Shown here piece by piece: positions 60,294 to 64,000 of a stretch of 64,000 nucleotides of DNA (its first letter is position 1; every line of letters begins with the position of its first letter). The notes under the pieces were generated by a model that worked only from the letters and a program-made list of their open reading frames with translations, was not told where the DNA came from and did not search any database. Origin of the DNA: Octopus vulgaris (lineage: Eukaryota). A program made the position numbers and the translations under genes. Location of the stretch: contig OX597820.1 of NCBI GenBank assembly GCA_951406725.2, positions 96,534,001 to 96,598,000 on the forward strand, given 5' to 3'.

Positions 60294-60874
60294 CGAGGAT
60301 CGGCTGAAAAGTTCATAGGCTGACCGAGATACTCACATCGAATGAAACCAAATGAGGTTTATTATTCAACATAGCCCTCTTGCAGTCCACACACTGCTTC
60401 CATCAGTGATGCAGTGCAATGATTGGATCCCATTGGTGAAGAAGCTCTCATCTTGTTGGTCTAAAATATCATCAACAGCAAATATGATATCATCATCACT
60501 GCGATACTCGTTCCTAGCCAAGTGTTTTTTTTTTTTCATGTTGGGGAACAGTTAACAGCCAAATTAGGGGAACAAGGAGGCTGATCAACCAGTTCAAATC
60601 CACAGTCATGCACAGCAGCTATTCAAATCAAGGACTTGTATGCTGGAGCATTGTCCTGATGAAACAAGACCCCTTTTATCAGCTTTCTGAGTGTTTGGTC
60701 TTGGCAGCCTTTCGTAACTGCTACAGCAAGTTGGCATAGCACTCTCCATTGATGGTGTGACCCTTTTGAAGGATGGTGCTCCTGCTTAGCCTTAACCCAA
60801 TGACTTTAAAAATGTAAGAGATAAAAAGACATGTATATAATTTGAAACTTTTGACCTCCAGTGAGCAGCCTACA
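60294..60874 (-). mobile_element. Mariner transposase relic
   Basis: Translation LQKGHTINGECYANLL...GVLFHQDNAPAYKS, and terminus CGAGGATCGGCTGAAAAGTTC. Confidence 0.8.
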
Positions 60875-61069
60875 TATTTTATTAGACTCTTTTTATAGAA
60901 TGGCTGAGTTTGTCGAGTAATACCTCGTTCAGTGAAGTAGATATTTGAAGGCATTCACATCGACACACACACACACACACACATACATACATACACACAT
61001 ACATACATATACATACATATATACATACATACATACATACATACATACATACATACATACATACATACA

Positions 61070-61103
<34 letters not shown>

Positions 61104-61120
61104 CATACATACATACATAC

Positions 61121-61631
61121 ATGGTGGCTGCCCCCTCGTTATCGAGTATGGCCATTGCACGAAGCTAAATCAATGTTGTTATCGTGCAATACCTGTGCAA
61201 GGAAATTTTGTTTTAAAGTGACGAAAGGCTGTACGCTGAGTCAATCCCACTCACTAAGCAACAGCAGCCATAATCCGAAAAGAAGAACAAGTCAACATCA
61301 TCGGTAACCACTGAGCCGCAGGTTTTATGTCGGAGTTATCCCAGTTACCTGAGTTACCTTCTCCTAGAAGGATGCCCTAACAAAGGCTAGGAGTCTTTCA
61401 CTCCCAATGGTTTAACTGCGCGATCGGGGTATTAAGTCCGATTATTTCTATGTCCCCGCGCATGATACAGCGTTAAGACATTTATTGGATGGCCGTTGAC
61501 TCTCAAGAGTTCCTCCGCCCTTTGACGGGTTTTGTTTTTCATCCGGCAGGGTGTCCAATAAACACCTTCCTTACCAAGCAAGCTTGGTGGGGTTGCCGGT
61601 TTAGTCGCCGACGACCTGACCATGCAACAGG
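61121..61631 (-). mobile_element. Non-autonomous bipartite RTE (5' leader fused to 3' tail)
   Basis: The 3' end GCAATGGCCATACTCGATAACGAGGGGGCAGCCACC(ATGT)n resembles the RTE tail at 8581-8620. Internal AGCCTTTGTTAGGGCATCCTTCTAGGAGAAGGTAACTC resembles RTE 5' UTRs. No RT ORF. Confidence 0.7.
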
Positions 61632-61894
61632 TTACATGCATACATACAACCATACGCGTACGCACGCCCACACAGGAACATTCACACTGAGTGCGCCTAG
61701 CAAATTTTCACTCGGTTAGTATTGATTAAACCAATGCAGCAGGGTAATAGTTGAAGGTACTTGTCCACTTTGTCGCTCAGATGCATCGAACTCGGAACTC
61801 CGCAGCTAAGGAGCAAACTTCTTAACGACATAGTGTCATCGCAAACTAATTACCGAGATATGAAGGTAAACAGTGATTGACGTTTCAAGCAATA

Positions 61895-62590
61895 AAAGGT
61901 GCATTTCAGAATTTTTCAGACTTTTGTTTAGGAACAACAGTTATGAATTTCAAAGAGGCACAAAACTATAATTTCCTTCAAAGTAGGATCCTCTGGTTTC
62001 AATACTCTTGCTTTAACAATCCAACCACTTCGTGAAGGCTCATCCATCTCCCTGCCGTCACGAAGGCGTCATTAAAAAATTTTTTTCTGTTAGCCACGGA
62101 GCTCCTTGGGAGCTCAAATTTTGCACAAAATTTATGCATGTTCTGATCTTCATGAATAATCTTGCGTACATTTGCCACACCAAACTTAAACTGAATACTT
62201 ATTGTCTGTACAGACAAACGACGGCCTTCATGCAGGAAATTGCGAATTTTCCCAACCAGCTCTGCTCTGACATCCTTCTCCCTCGCATCCATCTCATCCT
62301 CTTACTTCCTCTCTATCGTCCTTGAACCTCTTGTACCAGCAGTAAAGAGATGCTCAGCTAATACAAGTTAATCCATATACAGACTGGAGCATTTCATGTG
62401 TTTCTGAAGCGTTTTTGCCCATCTTAACACAAAAATTTGTTGCATAGCGAGTTTCCAAATTTGTCTTCACGTTCTAACTGCGTTCTGCAAACTAGTCAGC
62501 TACGACAAGCGGTGTTCAGAAGAGTGTGTTTAAAGTACTGTTACAGCCACCTCCTTTTAAATAAATTGTTAGGAATTTTTAAAATATTAG
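61895..62590 (-). mobile_element. Mariner transposase relic (N-terminal HTH)
   Basis: Translation KIRNFLHEGRRLSVQTISIQFKFGVANVRKIIHEDQNMHKFCAKF. Confidence 0.75.
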
Positions 62591-63284
62591 TAGATCTGCT
62601 TCTTAAACGTATAGTAACGAGATACTAAAATTACAATAATCTAGGAGTTATAACAGCCTCCCCTAAAAAGCCTGAAAACATCAAAAATGCACTCGTAACT
62701 TGTGATAGAAAACAAACAGGACATCCCGCCCCACGAACATCATTACCGATTAGTCCACATAACGCCTACATCATCCCGCTGGAAAATTACGTTTTAGAAG
62801 TGTTTCACGGTTCGTTCATCGCGGATTCTTTAAACGTTGATGAAAAATAAAATTAAATACTATAATATATTTGTAAAGTATACACTTCTCGTACACTTTA
62901 TAATCTCTTATAATATTCAGCTCAGTAAAACTAACAGGAATATGAATAATTCATCTTCTTTTGGTTCACTATCTTCATCTAAGATACAATCTTTAAAATC
63001 TACCGTCAATTCATCGACGTGTGATACTTTTAAGATATTGCAATACTTGATTTTATAATATAAAATAAACAATGAAAACTAAAAAGAATGAAATTATATT
63101 TAACAGACACAATTAATACCCTTCTAAGACAAGTCTGTTTGATCTATATTAATTCACTTGGACTTCTTAAAATAGAACCCATAGACTGAGGATAAATGTT
63201 TCCTTTCCGACTTACCACTATAAAGTGGTCTTCTGTTAGTCTTTAAGACATAGTATTAGATTTAAAATTATGCATTTAGATGAG

Positions 63285-63510
63285 CAGGCAGGAGTGTTAA
63301 CGTGCCGATCAAAATGCTTAGAGACATTTCTTTTGATGGTTACCGTTCTGAGTTCAAACCCCGCTGAGGTAAACTTTGTCTTTCCTCCTTTCACGGTGGA
63401 TAAAATAAAGTGCCAGTCAAGTACAGTGGTCGATATAATCGACAATCCCTCTCCCCTCAAGGCGGTTCTCCGGCATGGCTGCAGTCGAATGGCAGAAACA
63501 AATAAAATAA
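63285..63510 (+). mobile_element. SINE with family B head/body and a family A-like tail
   Basis: GTTCTGAGTTCAAACCCCGCTGAGGTAAACTTTGTCTTTCCTCCTTTC, then GGCGGTTCTCCGGCATGGCTGCAGTC...GAAACAAATAAAA. Confidence 0.65.
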
Positions 63511-63733
63511 ATAGATGTAGAGAGGAATGTGTAATTAAAACAAGACGACCGAATGGCGAACTATTACGGAACCTGCCAGATTCGAGACTAACTAGTTTAG
63601 TTGGACATTGTTTGGTTTTGGAGTGACTGGTGGTAGGAGGAACCCTTTACAGATTTCGTTCTGCAAATATTTATTCCTTGATTCGTCTCTGTTGTAATAA
63701 CGGTTAAACAAGCATTGTGCACCGCTGCTGTCT

Positions 63734-63904
63734 ATGGGCACAAAAATAAACAGAAAAAGCGTAGCATTAGATGATAAATTAGAAGTGTTGCAGAGATCTA
63801 GTAATGGACAGCGAGCAGTAGTTATTGGAGGAATTCCCCAGTTGCAACCAACAAATATTCGCCGTAATACCCCGCAAAAATTAGGTATTATGTTCAAAGT
63901 GTAA
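63734..63904 (+). pseudogene. Possible Tigger/pogo N-terminal HTH relic
   Basis: MGTKINRKSVALDDKLEVLQRSSNGQRAVVIG...LQPTNIR resembles the CENP-B-type RKxITLxxKLxVI motif. Confidence 0.45.
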
Positions 63905-64000
63905 CACATTTAGCTACTACAAAATGAATTTGGTATAGAACCAGATTAATGAGGAATACCTTTTCTTTTGTCTTTTACGTGTTTCAGTCATTAGACTGCG

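Overview
This is eukaryotic, AT-rich, repeat- and microsatellite-saturated DNA. The SINE families and repeat landscape look like an octopus (coleoid cephalopod) genome; that is inference from recalled repeat families. Only one protein-coding gene is supportable: an ankyrin-repeat protein on the + strand. Its large exon is 56667-57558, and a phase-compatible upstream exon 28389-28438 would add an N-myristoylation motif (MGANSSK) across a ~28-kb intron. Everything else is mobile-element material: several modular tRNA-derived SINE families, one forming 184-bp tandem arrays; RTE and R4/Dong-type LINE fragments; Tc1/mariner, maT (DD37D), hAT and Mutator-like MITEs; a 1.93-kb tandem duplication; and several fold-back palindromes. 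The main find is a set of small palindromic Penelope-like elements (36.4, 52.1 and 55.5 kb) carrying minimal type I hammerhead ribozymes. Their core C3-G8 pair is replaced by G3-C8 or U3-A8, with a matching compensatory change in stem II. Most ORFs in the supplied track are translations of microsatellites or SINEs. All alignments were done by eye, so relic boundaries are approximate.
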